Positions 37,966-48,743 of a stretch of DNA of 64,000 nucleotides are shown here, in pieces. The first letter of the stretch is position 1, and every line of letters starts with the position of its first letter. The notes under the pieces are model-generated. The model was not told where the DNA came from, ran no database searches, and worked only from the letters and a program-made list of their open reading frames with translations. The DNA is taken from assembly GCA_022824225.1 (NCBI GenBank), contig JAJEAH010000048.1, positions 2,764 through 66,763 of the forward strand. The letters run 5' to 3'. The DNA is from Chloroflexota bacterium. GTDB taxonomy: Bacteria; Chloroflexota; UBA11872; VXOZ01. The translations under genes and the position numbers were made by a program.

Positions 37966-38727
37966 TTAGCCTAGATTCGCATCATACCGCTCCAACGCCG
38001 CCAGAATGCCGTTGTCAGCGACATCCGGCGCGATCCAGTCGGCGATCGCCTTGAGATCGGGATGGGCGTTGCCCATGGCGATGCGCAGGCCGCATTCTTG
38101 CAGGAATTCCACGTCGTTCGGGCCGTCGCCGATGCCGATGATCTCAGCGGGGCTGATGCCGAGCAGGCGGGCGTAGCGGTGGACGGCGCTGGCCTTGGTT
38201 CCGGTCCTATGCGTGATGTCCACGCCCCATGTCTTGCCGGGCTCATACGGAAACTGCGTCACGTGCACGGGCCGGTCCGGCGCGAACAGCGCGTGAAAGC
38301 GCGGCAAATCGGCGGTCCGCACCGGCAGGACCGTTATGCGCGTGACGCTCCAGTGGCGAATGTCGGCGGCAGAATCGATGACGGTCGTGTCGTCCACGGC
38401 GGAAAAGCCATACTCGCTACCGGCAATGGCATCTACCACCGTGCGGGCGTCCGTAGGCTCCAAATAGACACAGTCGAGGGTCTCCAGAGTATCGGGACGG
38501 AAGATGCGGGCGCCGCCTTCGGCAACTTGCGGTTCTTTCAGGTCGAAACGAGCCGCCATATCAGCGACGTAGCGGTAGTTGCGGCTGGAGATCAGGCCCA
38601 CGGGGACGCGCCGGGCCAGCGCGGCCAGACCGGACACCACGGCGTCCGGCGGCGCCACGCCATACGGCGCAACCGTGCCATCGATGTCGCTCAGCAGGGC
38701 GCGATAGCGTGTGTCTCCGGCCTGCAT
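37966..38727 (-). CDS. Cof-type HAD-IIB hydrolase
   Basis: DIDGT, ISSR, TKASAV, IGDGPND and AMGNA motifs. Confidence 0.92.
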   Translation of the reverse strand: MQAGDTRYRALLSDIDGTVAPYGVAPPDAVVSGLAALARRVPVGLISSRNYRYVADMAARFDLKEPQVAEGGARIFRPDTLETLDCVYLEPTDARTVVDAIAGSEYGFSAVDDTTVIDSAADIRHWSVTRITVLPVRTADLPRFHALFAPDRPVHVTQFPYEPGKTWGVDITHRTGTKASAVHRYARLLGISPAEIIGIGDGPNDVEFLQECGLRIAMGNAHPDLKAIADWIAPDVADNGILAALERYDANLG

Positions 38728-38814
38728 TAAAAGTCCTTCCGGTAGCTGCGCCGCAAATGCTGGAGTCCCGTTGCCCACTGCCCACCGCACAACGGCCCTG
38801 TCGGTCGCAATCCG

Positions 38815-40200
38815 TCAGGAGCGGGATACCGTCTGCGCCGCCTGCGCCGCCGCCTTCGCCGCCTGCGCCGCCGCGGCCACGAACCGATCGATCTCCCTCT
38901 GGCCCATGGGCGTGGAGAGCGCGCCCAGCCCCTCTTTGGAGACGATGACACCGGCGTCCATCAGGCCGCGATGCAGTCCCCGCATGCGCGCCGCTGCCGC
39001 CGGATCTTTAGGAATGCTACGGTAATTGACGATGGGCACATCCGTCGGCGCCACCAGGATCAACGAACCCGCGCCGCTGATTTGCGCGGCCACACCTGCG
39101 TCGGCAAACGCGGCGTTGGCCCGGGCGCGCAGGTCGTCGCCCAGCGCTTCCAAGCGGTCGAATTCCTCCGGCGGCAATTGGGTCAGGGCGGCGCAGCCCG
39201 CGGTTGCCGAGAGCGGATTGCCGCTGTACGTCCCTCCTGAGGCCAGCGCCGGGGGGCCTTCCGTCGGGTCCAGCAGCGCCATGATTGCGGCGCTGCCGCC
39301 CACCGCGCCGATGGGCAGTCCGCCGCCGATGATCTTGCCGAATACGGTCAGATCGGGATCGCCGCCGTAGCGGGCCGCGCCGCCGTGATAGCTTACGCGA
39401 AAGCTGATCACCTCGTCGGAAATGAGGACGATGCCATAGTCGCGGGTGATTTCGCGCAGGAACGCAAGAAAGTCATCCTGCGGCAGTGGAAAGCCCGAGC
39501 GGTTGCAGAGCGGATCGTAGAGCAGCGCCGCTAACTCGTGCCCGTGCCGCTCCAGCAGGCGGGTTACAGCTTCGCGGTCGTTGTACGGCAGCGTCAGCAC
39601 GTCCGACTCCACCGAGTCCGCCAGCCCGCCGCTACTGGCTACGCTGTGGGGCGCGTGCGCCGGTCCCCAGGCATCCGGCTGCGACGCATAGCTCACCTGC
39701 ACGTAGTCGTAGTAGCCGTGGTAGAAGCCCTCGAACTTGGCGATGCGGCTGCGGCCCGTGTACGCCCGCGCCAGCTTCACCGCCAGCATGACCGCCTCAG
39801 TCCCGGAGTTGGCAAAGCGGATTTTCTCCAGAGACGGTACCCGCTCCACCAGCAGGCGCGCGAGTTTGAGCTCAGGCTCCGCGGGCTCCGAAAAGGCCGT
39901 GCCGCGCTGCAATTGGTCTACAATCGCCTCGTTGATGAGCGGGTTGGCGTGGCCGTGAATGAGCGCAGTCATGTTGTTGAGATAGTCGATGCGCTCGACG
40001 CCTTCCACGTCGGTCAGGTAGCAGCCGCGCCCGGACTGGGCGTAGATGGGATACGGTTGATAGTAGTAGTGCAGCCGCGACGTGCCGCCCGGCATGTACT
40101 TGGCGGATTCCGCAAAGAGCTTGGCGGTCTCACTGGCAGGGGGGTGCGCCTCCTGGTCGGGCGCAACCGCAACTGTTTCGAGACTCTGCCGTTGTGCCAT
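38815..40200 (-). CDS. Class III PLP aminotransferase (GSA aminomutase-like paralog)
   Basis: NSGTEA, FEGFYHG, DEVISFR, PLP lysine in GKIIGGGLPIGA, and GTYSGNP. Confidence 0.9.
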   Translation of the reverse strand: MAQRQSLETVAVAPDQEAHPPASETAKLFAESAKYMPGGTSRLHYYYQPYPIYAQSGRGCYLTDVEGVERIDYLNNMTALIHGHANPLINEAIVDQLQRGTAFSEPAEPELKLARLLVERVPSLEKIRFANSGTEAVMLAVKLARAYTGRSRIAKFEGFYHGYYDYVQVSYASQPDAWGPAHAPHSVASSGGLADSVESDVLTLPYNDREAVTRLLERHGHELAALLYDPLCNRSGFPLPQDDFLAFLREITRDYGIVLISDEVISFRVSYHGGAARYGGDPDLTVFGKIIGGGLPIGAVGGSAAIMALLDPTEGPPALASGGTYSGNPLSATAGCAALTQLPPEEFDRLEALGDDLRARANAAFADAGVAAQISGAGSLILVAPTDVPIVNYRSIPKDPAAAARMRGLHRGLMDAGVIVSKEGLGALSTPMGQREIDRFVAAAAQAAKAAAQAAQTVSRS

Positions 40201-40378
40201 AGCTACCTCCTCGCACATACGCGGCTACATGGCGATAGTATACTGGATGGGCCGGACTCACACCGGCGGCGCAGCGGCGTCTGGCCGCGATTGGGCGACT
40301 GAAACTGACCATCGCAGACCATGCGCAAGACCTGCAAGAGCTAGCCGCGACTAGCCGAGCCAAGGATTGAACAAGTCA

Positions 40379-41896
40379 ATGCGCACCTCTCCTGAGAATA
40401 TCCCAACGTATGCAGATGCCGTTGTCATTGGCGGCGGCACGGGCGGCGCGGCGGTGGCGGGTCTGCTGGCGGAGCGCGGCGACCGGTCGGTGCTGCTGCT
40501 GGAGGCAGGGCCCGATTACGGCCCGCGCGCCGGAAACCGCTGGCCGCCGGAGTTGCTCCAGGGGCGGGTGGTTGCCCGCACCCACGATTGGTCGTATACC
40601 AGCGCCGCGGCCAACGGCCAACCGGATCATGTGCTCCAGCGGGCCAAGGTGGTGGGCGGCTGCTCGGCGCACAACGGCTGCATCGCGATCTGGGGCAGCC
40701 GCGCGGACTACGACGGCTGGGCGGCGGCGGGCAACACGGGTTGGTCTGCCGCCGATGTGCTGCCGGCATTTCGGCGCGCTATGTCGCGCCTGCGCGTGCG
40801 TGAGTTCACGGCGGAGGAGACGACTCCCTTCCATGGCGCGTGCCTGGCGGCCATGATTGCATGCGGTATTCCGCTTACGGCGGACCTGAACGACCTGGAG
40901 GAAGACACGGGCGCGGCGCTGGCGCCGGTCAACATTCAGGACGACATTCGCTGGAGCACCGCCTTTGCCTACCTGGACCCGGTGCGGGAGCGAGGCGCGC
41001 TGACCGTACTGGGCGAAGCCCTCGTCGACAAGATCATCCTACGCGGCGGGCGGGCAGTCGCTGTGGACGTGATCCACCGGGGCGCACGGCGAACCATAGA
41101 GGCGGGACAAATCGTGCTCTGCGCCGGCGCGTACGGCTCGCCCGCCGTGCTGCTGCGCTCCGGCATCGGCCCGGCGGCGGAGCTTGCCCGGCTCAACATA
41201 TCCGTGGCTTTGGACCTGCCGGGCGTTGGCCGCAACCTGCACGACCACTCCGGCGTGACCATGCTGCACCACGGCACGCCGCTGTTCGACGCTCAGATGG
41301 CCGACTTCATGGCCGCGGGCAAGACCGTCTTCACCGAACAAAGCCTCGCCAAGGCGCGCAGCCGCCACTGCCGGGAGGCGTTCGACCTGCACGTCGCGCC
41401 GGTTACTGCCGCCGCGCCGGACGCGGACGGCCGCTGGGAGATTTCGATGTATGCGGCGCACATGGCGCCGCAGTCCCGGGGCCGCCTGACGCTGCGGGAC
41501 GCCAATCCCCACAGCAGTCCCGTCATCGATACCGGCTACTTCACCGATCCCGGCGGCAATGATCTGGCGTCGCTGCTGGACGGAGTCGCGCTAACCAGGG
41601 AAATTGCCCGGACGCAGCCGCTCGCCGCGTTGATCGGTGAAGAGCGTGCGGCAACCGCCGGCATGGTGTCCGTCGAGGATCTGCGCCGCCACAGCCTCCA
41701 CTACTTCCATCCGGTCGGCACGTGCAAGATGGGCCCCGCCTCAGATCCCACGGCGGTGGTGGACGCCGCTGGGAAAGTCCACGGCTTGGAGGCGCTCCAC
41801 GTGATAGACGCCGCCGTCATGCCCACCGTGCCCCGCGCCAACACCAACCTGCCGACGCTGATGCTCGCGGAGCGCATCGTCGCGGGACTCAGCTAG
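40379..41896 (+). CDS. GMC oxidoreductase (choline dehydrogenase-like)
   Basis: IGGGTGG, LLEAG, AKVVGGCSAHN, LPGVGRNLHDH, HPVGTCKMG and ANTNLPT motifs. Confidence 0.93.
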   Translation: MRTSPENIPTYADAVVIGGGTGGAAVAGLLAERGDRSVLLLEAGPDYGPRAGNRWPPELLQGRVVARTHDWSYTSAAANGQPDHVLQRAKVVGGCSAHNGCIAIWGSRADYDGWAAAGNTGWSAADVLPAFRRAMSRLRVREFTAEETTPFHGACLAAMIACGIPLTADLNDLEEDTGAALAPVNIQDDIRWSTAFAYLDPVRERGALTVLGEALVDKIILRGGRAVAVDVIHRGARRTIEAGQIVLCAGAYGSPAVLLRSGIGPAAELARLNISVALDLPGVGRNLHDHSGVTMLHHGTPLFDAQMADFMAAGKTVFTEQSLAKARSRHCREAFDLHVAPVTAAAPDADGRWEISMYAAHMAPQSRGRLTLRDANPHSSPVIDTGYFTDPGGNDLASLLDGVALTREIARTQPLAALIGEERAATAGMVSVEDLRRHSLHYFHPVGTCKMGPASDPTAVVDAAGKVHGLEALHVIDAAVMPTVPRANTNLPTLMLAERIVAGLS

Positions 41897-42067
41897 GAAC
41901 ACGCAGGTTGGGAATGGCGCCGTTTGGCGTTCCCGTCCACTTGCCGGCTGGACTTTGCGCACGGCGTGCCCGGAGACGGTCCAGTGCCGCGCTAGCGGCC
42001 TTGGGGGCGAAGCCAAGCGCGCGGTTTCCCCGTGCGGCACTGCTATGACGCGGCATTGCTACGGCGC

Positions 42068-42284
42068 AGTACTGCCATGGCGAAGTACTGCCATGGCGAA
42101 GTACTTCCATGGAAGTAGGCGCTCATACGTTCGCCCTGAGCATCGTCGAAGGGTGAACGCCAGCGGCATTGGGAAACGCTCGTATCCGCCGCCTGCACGC
42201 GCCGACATCCGCGTGAACGCCGCCTTGGCCGTGAACGCTGCCTTGGCAGTGACCGCTGCCTTGGCAGTGAGCGCCGCCGCGGCA
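42068..42284. repeat. Short tandem repeats flanking a family B REP
   Basis: 16-bp AGTACTGCCATGGCGA x~3 (42068-42117); REP at 42128-42159; 18-bp GTGAACGCYGCCTTGGCM-type unit x4 (42213-42284). Confidence 0.8.
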
Positions 42285-42770
42285 ATGGGAACTACCCAAA
42301 GCAGCAGCGCTAGCGCCCGCACCAGAGGTGAACGCCCGATATTGCGGGCTATACAGCTATCAGCACACGTCTCTCCGTATACTGTTTCGACAAGGGCTGC
42401 GCGAATTCCGCTCAGCGCGAACGGAGAGATGAAAGTCACTTTCATGCCCTAGTGCGGACCTGGCAAGGCCGTGGTGAGTCCCGTGGTGTGCTGCCCCGCG
42501 CCGGGCTGACCTAGTCTCACTGTGCGGAACCACGTTCTACCCAGATTTTTCTGCATGCCATACCTCCACACCGCCACGGCCGCAAGCTGAGACCGTCTAT
42601 TGGATGTCGCCAACTTGCGCCACTAGATCTTTCTTTCTCCGCCGCCAAGAAAATCTGAGAAAAGTACTGACAAATCTCCTTAGCTTGTTGTAGTGTGAAG
42701 CTAGGAGGACGGTCACTATTGCAGTATTTTCGGGCCATTGCAAGCTTCCGATTGCACAGCGGTATTCCCC

Positions 42771-43589
42771 ATGTTCGTCCAACGGCAGACCACGAGTGAA
42801 ACGACGCTACCCGGGCCTTTGATGGCCGGCTTGGGCGAGGTCCGGATACTCCATCCCCCTGGAACTTTCGCCCTGTCGCCGGCAAGCCTCATCTCTATCG
42901 AGGCGATCGTGAGGAACCAAGACCTGCTCAAGGGCATCGGGCTGGACTGGGGCACCGGCACCGGGTGTCTAGCGATCGCAGCCGCAAGAGTCGCCAGCGT
43001 TCATCACGTAACCGGCCTGGACATCAGCGAGGCGAGCGTGGCGATCGCGCGCGAGAACGCGTCGCTGAACGCGGTTGCCGACAAGACGTCGTTCTTCGTC
43101 TCTGACTCATACGCGCCTGTGGACCGGCGCGAGCGGCAAACGCTCGCATCTCTGACCGGGTGCGTGAACTTCGTAGTCTCGAATCCCCCTGCCAGCGAAC
43201 ACGACGACGGCTTCGGCTTCCGACGAGAAGTGCTCAGAGGCGCGCGAACGTATCTGGCGGACGGTGGCGTTGTATTTCTCGGCGGATCGTCTCGCTACGG
43301 CCAGAGAGCGAAGCGCATATGCGACGAGATGCCTGAGTATAGCTACGGCGGAATCCTCTCCAGCACCGGTTGGATCCCCTTCGACCTTACCCGGCCCGAC
43401 TACCTGCGCTATATGCGCCAGTACGCTGCCGAGGAGGATCGCGGCGGTCTGACCTACCGCTTCCAATGCAACGCCGTACATGCGGGAGAGCCTATCGACG
43501 CGCGGCGCGCCCTTTCGCTCTTCTTTGCGGCCGGGCTCATGCCGTACATGGACTGGGAAATGCACCTGTTCACGTACGGCGGAAAGTAG
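42771..43589 (+). CDS. Class I SAM-dependent methyltransferase (MTS/PrmC-like, NPP motif)
   Basis: LDWGTGTGCLAI, GLDIS....ARENA and VVSNPP motifs. Confidence 0.82.
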   Translation: MFVQRQTTSETTLPGPLMAGLGEVRILHPPGTFALSPASLISIEAIVRNQDLLKGIGLDWGTGTGCLAIAAARVASVHHVTGLDISEASVAIARENASLNAVADKTSFFVSDSYAPVDRRERQTLASLTGCVNFVVSNPPASEHDDGFGFRREVLRGARTYLADGGVVFLGGSSRYGQRAKRICDEMPEYSYGGILSSTGWIPFDLTRPDYLRYMRQYAAEEDRGGLTYRFQCNAVHAGEPIDARRALSLFFAAGLMPYMDWEMHLFTYGGK

Positions 43590-43831
43590 GCGGGCCCGCA
43601 TTCCGGCAGCGCGGTTTCCGGTTACGGCGGGTTGGGCCCGGCTAAGCAGCCCGCGCTTGATCCCCTGGATAGGGTCTTAAGGAAGCCTGTGGCCGCCAAG
43701 CGGTTGCACGCCCCGTAACGGCCGGACGACAGCGTTTGCTTTAGAGCAGGCCATGGGTTAGATTAGCCACGACGTGCGAGGGTCTTCTGCGGGTTTGGGG
43801 TGGATGTGGCTATGCCCTTGAGGAGAGCACC

Positions 43832-44580
43832 GTGAGAGTAGACCGCGGCCAGTTCATGGATCAGGGGTTTCTGGTCTTACGCAATCTCATTCCGCCGGAC
43901 AGACTCGCTGCCATGCGCGCCAGTTGCGAGACCATGCTGGAGCGGCAGAAGCTGAATTGGGCGCGGGAGCGCGGGCCGGACGACCCGCCGGGCGGCGAGT
44001 ACGAGACGTCTCGCCAACCCCGCGTCACGTTGGCGCGTCCGGGCCTCATCGACGCCAAGACCGCCAATGTCGTGGAGGGGTTCTGGGTCGCCGACGAGAC
44101 CCTGGAGATCGCCAGCCAACTCCTCTGCGAACCGGAGCCGTGCATTAGCGAAATGATGATGATGTGCAATCCCGTCCGCGACCGGCCCGGCGGCACAGGC
44201 TGGCACCGGGACGTTCATCCGGCGGACATGGCCCCGCTGGACGCGCTCACGGCGGAGGCCATGAAAAACGGCCCGCGCTACACGCAGTGGAACGTGCCGC
44301 TCTACGACGATAGCGTGCTGTGGGTCCTACCCGGCAGCCACCGCCGCAGCACCGACTAGGAACGCGCCGAATTGTTGCAAGACCGCGCCGGGGCCGTCAC
44401 CGGCGGCATTGAACGCCGGTGATGGCGTGATATAACAACTACCTGAACCACACCGGCAGCAACTATACCGCCAAGACGCGGCGCGCCCTGCTCGGCGGCC
44501 ATGCCATTTACGGCGCCTACCCGGAGCTTGGCTTTGCCGAACATTTGGCGCCGTGGGCGCGTGCGGCGCGCGGCTTCATA
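43832..44580 (+). pseudogene. Phytanoyl-CoA dioxygenase (PhyH, Fe/2OG) family pseudogene
   Basis: QF.DQGFLVLRN, GWHRD and LWVLPGSHRR, then a premature TAG (44357-44359); homologous-looking text continues (ERAELLQD; NAGDGVI; NNYLNHTGSNYTAKTRR) across two frameshifts. End approximate. Confidence 0.8.
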
Positions 44581-44844
44581 GAGCAATGGCAGCGCTCCAG
44601 TAATCGCGAGCCGGCTGCCCGTTCGCCGCCGGTTGCTTGAACAATCGGAAACCTTGCCCTGTATCTCCTTCTTGTATTACCCTCTTGTGGCATTCGCAAG
44701 CAGATTCGCAACAGACAGCGAAACCGAGGCCGATTTCGGTGGGTGGGTAGGTTATACGGGTGGGCAGGTATAATTGAAGCAGTAAGTCGGATGAAGAAAC
44801 GAGAACAAAGTGATGAATGCAGCATCTCAATGAGGAGGTCTTCT

Positions 44845-46488
44845 GTGATTGGCCGGATACGACGTAGTATTACGGTAGCCTTAGCCCTTGCGGCGCTCAT
44901 GGTCGCCGTTTCCTGTAGTGTGCGCGTGATCGAGCCGCCGCCGGATCCGGCGGAGGATTCCGCCGCATTTACGCAGTATTTCGTGGAACAGGCGATTGCG
45001 TTCTACGAGGCGAACGGACTGCAAGCGACCATCGACTTCTACAACACGATGGAGAGCGTGAATGGCGCGTGGTACGTTTTCATCTCGGACGAGAACGACA
45101 TCATGCGCGCCCATGCCGCCGTGCCGGCCAACGTGGGGTTGCATGCCGATCAGATTTTGGGGCCGGGCGGATACCCCGCGGGAACACAGGTAGCCGCGGC
45201 GGCCACTGCAGAGGGCGCCTGGACTACCTACACCTATATAAATCCGGCAACGGAGGCATTTCAGACGAAGCACTCGTGGGTGGTGCGGCATGACGGTCTG
45301 GTCTTTGGCTCCGGTTGGTATGAGGATGGACCGTCGAAAGATGACCCGGCGGCCTATACACAGGAGTTCGTGGCCCAGGCGGTCCGGCTGTATGAGGCTG
45401 TTGGGTTAGCAGACACGGTAGCGTACTACAACACGCCGGACAGCATTGACGGTCAATGGTACGTCTTCGTCTTCGATGAAAACGACACCATGCTCGCCCA
45501 TGCCGCCGTGCCGGCGAACGTGGGACTCCACGCCGACCAGATTTTGGGGCCGGGCGGCTATCCCGCGGGCGCGCAGGTAGTGGCGGCGGCGGCTGACGAA
45601 GGCGCGTGGACGGACTACGCGTACGTCAACCCATCAACCGGCGCATTCGAATCTAAGCACTCGTGGGTGGTGCGGCACGAAGGGCTCGTCTTCGGCTCGG
45701 GCTGGTATGAAGACGGCGCGTCGAAGTCCGATCCGGCGGCGTACACCCAGGCATTCGTGGCGCAGGCTATGCGGCTCTACGACGCCGTTGGGCGCGAAGA
45801 CGCATTTGCCTATTACAACTCGCCGGAAAGCGTAGACGAGGACTGGTACGTCTTCATCGTGGATGAAGACGAAAACACCATCGTGCACCCCACCCGTCCT
45901 GAATTGAGAGGCACTTCCCCGAAGACACGCGTTGACGTGCGCGGCAAGGCGTATGGCGAGGAGCTCGTTCTCGCGACGGCGGACGGCATCTGGGTAGACT
46001 ACTATTTCCTCAATCCCGCAACCGGCTATGAGGAGCAGAAACACGCTTGGGCGGTCAAGCACGATGGCCTGATCTTCGTCTCCGGTTGGTACGTGCGTGC
46101 CGAGGCGGAGGACGATGCAACGTATACCCAGTCCTTCGTGCACCGCGCCATCCAGCGGTACGACGCGCAAGGTCGCGAAGCCGCCCTCGAGTTCTTTAGC
46201 TCAGAGCAGAGCGTGCAGGGCCAGTGGTACGTGTTCGTGCTCGACGAGAACCAAGTCACTATCGCCCACCCCAATCCGGAGCACATCGGCCGCACCCGTG
46301 AGCAACGCATCGACACGCGCGGCTACGACTACGGCGCGGAGTTCCTGACCGCGACCGCGGAAGGCAAGTGGGTTGACTACGAGTTCCAGGACCCGGAGGC
46401 CGACCAAGAACGCCTGAAGCACACGTGGATCATCCAGCACGACGGGCTTTACTTTGGCTCGGGCTGGTATGAAGACGTAGGCGAATAA
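44845..46488 (+). CDS. Predicted lipoprotein composed of four tandem single-Cache domains
   Basis: GAGGAGG SD and GTG; signal peptide with lipobox VAVSC; four ~130-aa repeats of TQ.FV..A...Y...G...WYVF..D...H...G.W..Y...P......KH.W...HDGL.F.SGWY. Confidence 0.88.
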   Translation: MIGRIRRSITVALALAALMVAVSCSVRVIEPPPDPAEDSAAFTQYFVEQAIAFYEANGLQATIDFYNTMESVNGAWYVFISDENDIMRAHAAVPANVGLHADQILGPGGYPAGTQVAAAATAEGAWTTYTYINPATEAFQTKHSWVVRHDGLVFGSGWYEDGPSKDDPAAYTQEFVAQAVRLYEAVGLADTVAYYNTPDSIDGQWYVFVFDENDTMLAHAAVPANVGLHADQILGPGGYPAGAQVVAAAADEGAWTDYAYVNPSTGAFESKHSWVVRHEGLVFGSGWYEDGASKSDPAAYTQAFVAQAMRLYDAVGREDAFAYYNSPESVDEDWYVFIVDEDENTIVHPTRPELRGTSPKTRVDVRGKAYGEELVLATADGIWVDYYFLNPATGYEEQKHAWAVKHDGLIFVSGWYVRAEAEDDATYTQSFVHRAIQRYDAQGREAALEFFSSEQSVQGQWYVFVLDENQVTIAHPNPEHIGRTREQRIDTRGYDYGAEFLTATAEGKWVDYEFQDPEADQERLKHTWIIQHDGLYFGSGWYEDVGE

Positions 46489-46936
46489 GGGGGGAGACGC
46501 GGCGCAAGGAACCGCCTGTGTACAAAAAGGGCCACGTGAAACGCGCGGCGGGCGCAGCAAGCGCCTGCCGCGCGTCCTCTTGCTGCCGCCTCAACGGACG
46601 CGAGTGGCGGCTATGCGCTTGCTGTTGTTTCCATCGGACGGTGCGAAATTCTATTCTTGGCGCATATCTGGGAAAAGTCTGGGGGCGCTGCAGGAGCGGA
46701 GTCCTGAGGGAGCGGCGCGACCTTGCAGCGCCGGGCTGCGCGGCAGTCCGCGCCGGCCGCGGCCGCCACCCGCCAAACTCTCGTGTGCAGCGTAGAGGGG
46801 GATTAGTAGATTTGGGCTCAGGCTATAGAGATGCGAGTGTCAACATGTAAAGCCACTTCCCGACATGTCATTTTTGTGTTGTAGAAGGCGGTGAGACGGG
46901 GAGGGGGTGAAGAGGTAGCGCGAAGGGTGTATCGAA

Positions 46937-47207
46937 TGTCATTCCGAACGGAGCACAGCGCAGTGAGGAGTCTAAGGAGCCGCGCCAAGCGGGCGGCACG
47001 TTGCGGGGGCGCTAGATTCCTCGCAGGGCTCGGAATGACAAAAGACAGGGAACGCACAGCCATGCCACGCCGAACGCAGCACGCGCCCACGCCAAACCGA
47101 ACGCTGCACCCCCAATGTCATTCTGAGGAGCGTAGCGACGAAGAATCTCGTGTGCAGGGGATTCTCAGATTCCGCGAACCCTGTTCGACGCTGCACTCGG
47201 CATGACA
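46937..47207. repeat. Two REP-like inverted doublets, family C (TGTCATTCyGA...GAGGAaTCT)
   Basis: TGTCATTCCGA...TCGGAATGACA (46937-47040) and TGTCATTCTGAG...CTCGGCATGACA (47116-47207). Confidence 0.75.
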
Positions 47208-47416
47208 AAGAACGTGGCCCCGTGACGATGTCAAGTCTATATCTACTGATTCCCGCGTAGAGAATGAGCGCGCAGTCCGGTTGCCTTCGCTATAATGGGC
47301 CGTAACCCACGCGCAAACGGCGCGTAACGGATTCGGCTTGGCACAGTTGTCGCAGCCAAGAGCACGACCCTTGGCTCGCGGGCAGCGGCAGAGATCGCGG
47401 AGAAAGGGGAGCGGAA

Positions 47417-48691
47417 ATGGCTGAAGGGCTACGGGCCGGAGTTGGGCGCGCGACCATAACGCCGCCGATGGGGACGTGGCTGTGCGGTTTCGGCGGGCGC
47501 GAACACGGGTGCGACGCTATCCTCGACGACCTCTACGTCACGAGTCTCGTGCTGGCCAATGACGACACCACGCTCGCCGTCGTGACCTGCGACGTCTGCG
47601 GCCTGCCGTCCCAGCAGGTAGCCGCGCTGCGCAAGCTCGTTGCCGAGCAGACCGGCATTCCTGCCGCTCATGTGCTTGTCAATACCTCACACACGCATTC
47701 CGGCCCGTTCACGAGCATTCACGACGACATGTCGAGCCACGAGCGGGCGTATTCCACCAACCTTGTGCACACGCTGGCCGGTACCGTGAATGTGGCGCAC
47801 AGCAATCTGGAGGCGTGCCGCATTACCCATGGCGCGGGCAGCGTTGCCGTGAACGTCAATCGCCGCGAGATGCAGGCGGCCGGCGGCATGATACTCGGCG
47901 AAAACGCGCGCGGGGCGCTGGATACTACCGTGCAGATGCTGCGCGTGGATACGGACGAAGGCGAACCCCTGGCGGCGCTCATTCACTATGCGTGCCATCC
48001 CGTGGTGCTCACGCCGCCCAGCCATGCCGTGTCCGCTGACTTCGTGGGCGTGGCGCGGGGATTGTTCGAAGCGGCCAGCGGCGCGACCATGCTCTTCCTG
48101 CAGGGCGCGTGCGGCAACATCAACCCCATCGGCCAACGCGCGGGCATCGACATGCAGGAGCGCCAGTGGGGTGTGGGCAGCGCCCTGGGCGCAGAGGCGC
48201 TCAAAGTCTATTCACTGAGCGGCCTGCGCACGGCTTTCGGGGACAACGAACCCCTGGCGCCGGTGCTGGGCGCCGCGCAGGAAACACTGGAACTGGACTT
48301 GCACACGCCCAATGAACGACCCTCAGGCGTCAGCCGCCGCACGGCCGCTCTCCGCTACTGGACGCCGCCCCTCGTCGGCAGCGACCGGGTGGAGTTTGAA
48401 GTGCAGGCGCTCCGCGTCGGCGACGTGGCGCTGGTCGGCGGCGCCGGTGAGGTCTTCATCGAAATTGCGCAAGGGGTGCAGGAACGCTCGCCCTTTGCCC
48501 ACACCATGTACCTGGGCTACACGAACGGCGACATCGGCTACGTGCCCACCGCCGCCGCCTATCCCGAAGGCGGCTACGAGGTGGAAACCGCCCACTTCCA
48601 CTACGGCCTCCCCGCCGCCGTGGCGCCGGAAAGCGCCGGCCGCGTGGTGGACGCGAGCGTGGCGGCATTGGAATCACTGAGTGCAAGCTAG
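47417..48691 (+). CDS. Neutral/alkaline ceramidase-family hydrolase
   Basis: ITPP.G..L.GF, SHTHSGP, VNRR, YACHP, SADF, LQGACGNINP, GEVF and GY.NG.IGYVPT...Y.EGGYE motifs. Confidence 0.88.
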   Translation: MAEGLRAGVGRATITPPMGTWLCGFGGREHGCDAILDDLYVTSLVLANDDTTLAVVTCDVCGLPSQQVAALRKLVAEQTGIPAAHVLVNTSHTHSGPFTSIHDDMSSHERAYSTNLVHTLAGTVNVAHSNLEACRITHGAGSVAVNVNRREMQAAGGMILGENARGALDTTVQMLRVDTDEGEPLAALIHYACHPVVLTPPSHAVSADFVGVARGLFEAASGATMLFLQGACGNINPIGQRAGIDMQERQWGVGSALGAEALKVYSLSGLRTAFGDNEPLAPVLGAAQETLELDLHTPNERPSGVSRRTAALRYWTPPLVGSDRVEFEVQALRVGDVALVGGAGEVFIEIAQGVQERSPFAHTMYLGYTNGDIGYVPTAAAYPEGGYEVETAHFHYGLPAAVAPESAGRVVDASVAALESLSAS

Positions 48692-48743
48692 GTGACACAG
48701 CGCGGATCGTTGCGGCAGCAATAGCAGTCATCTGAGGTAGGCA

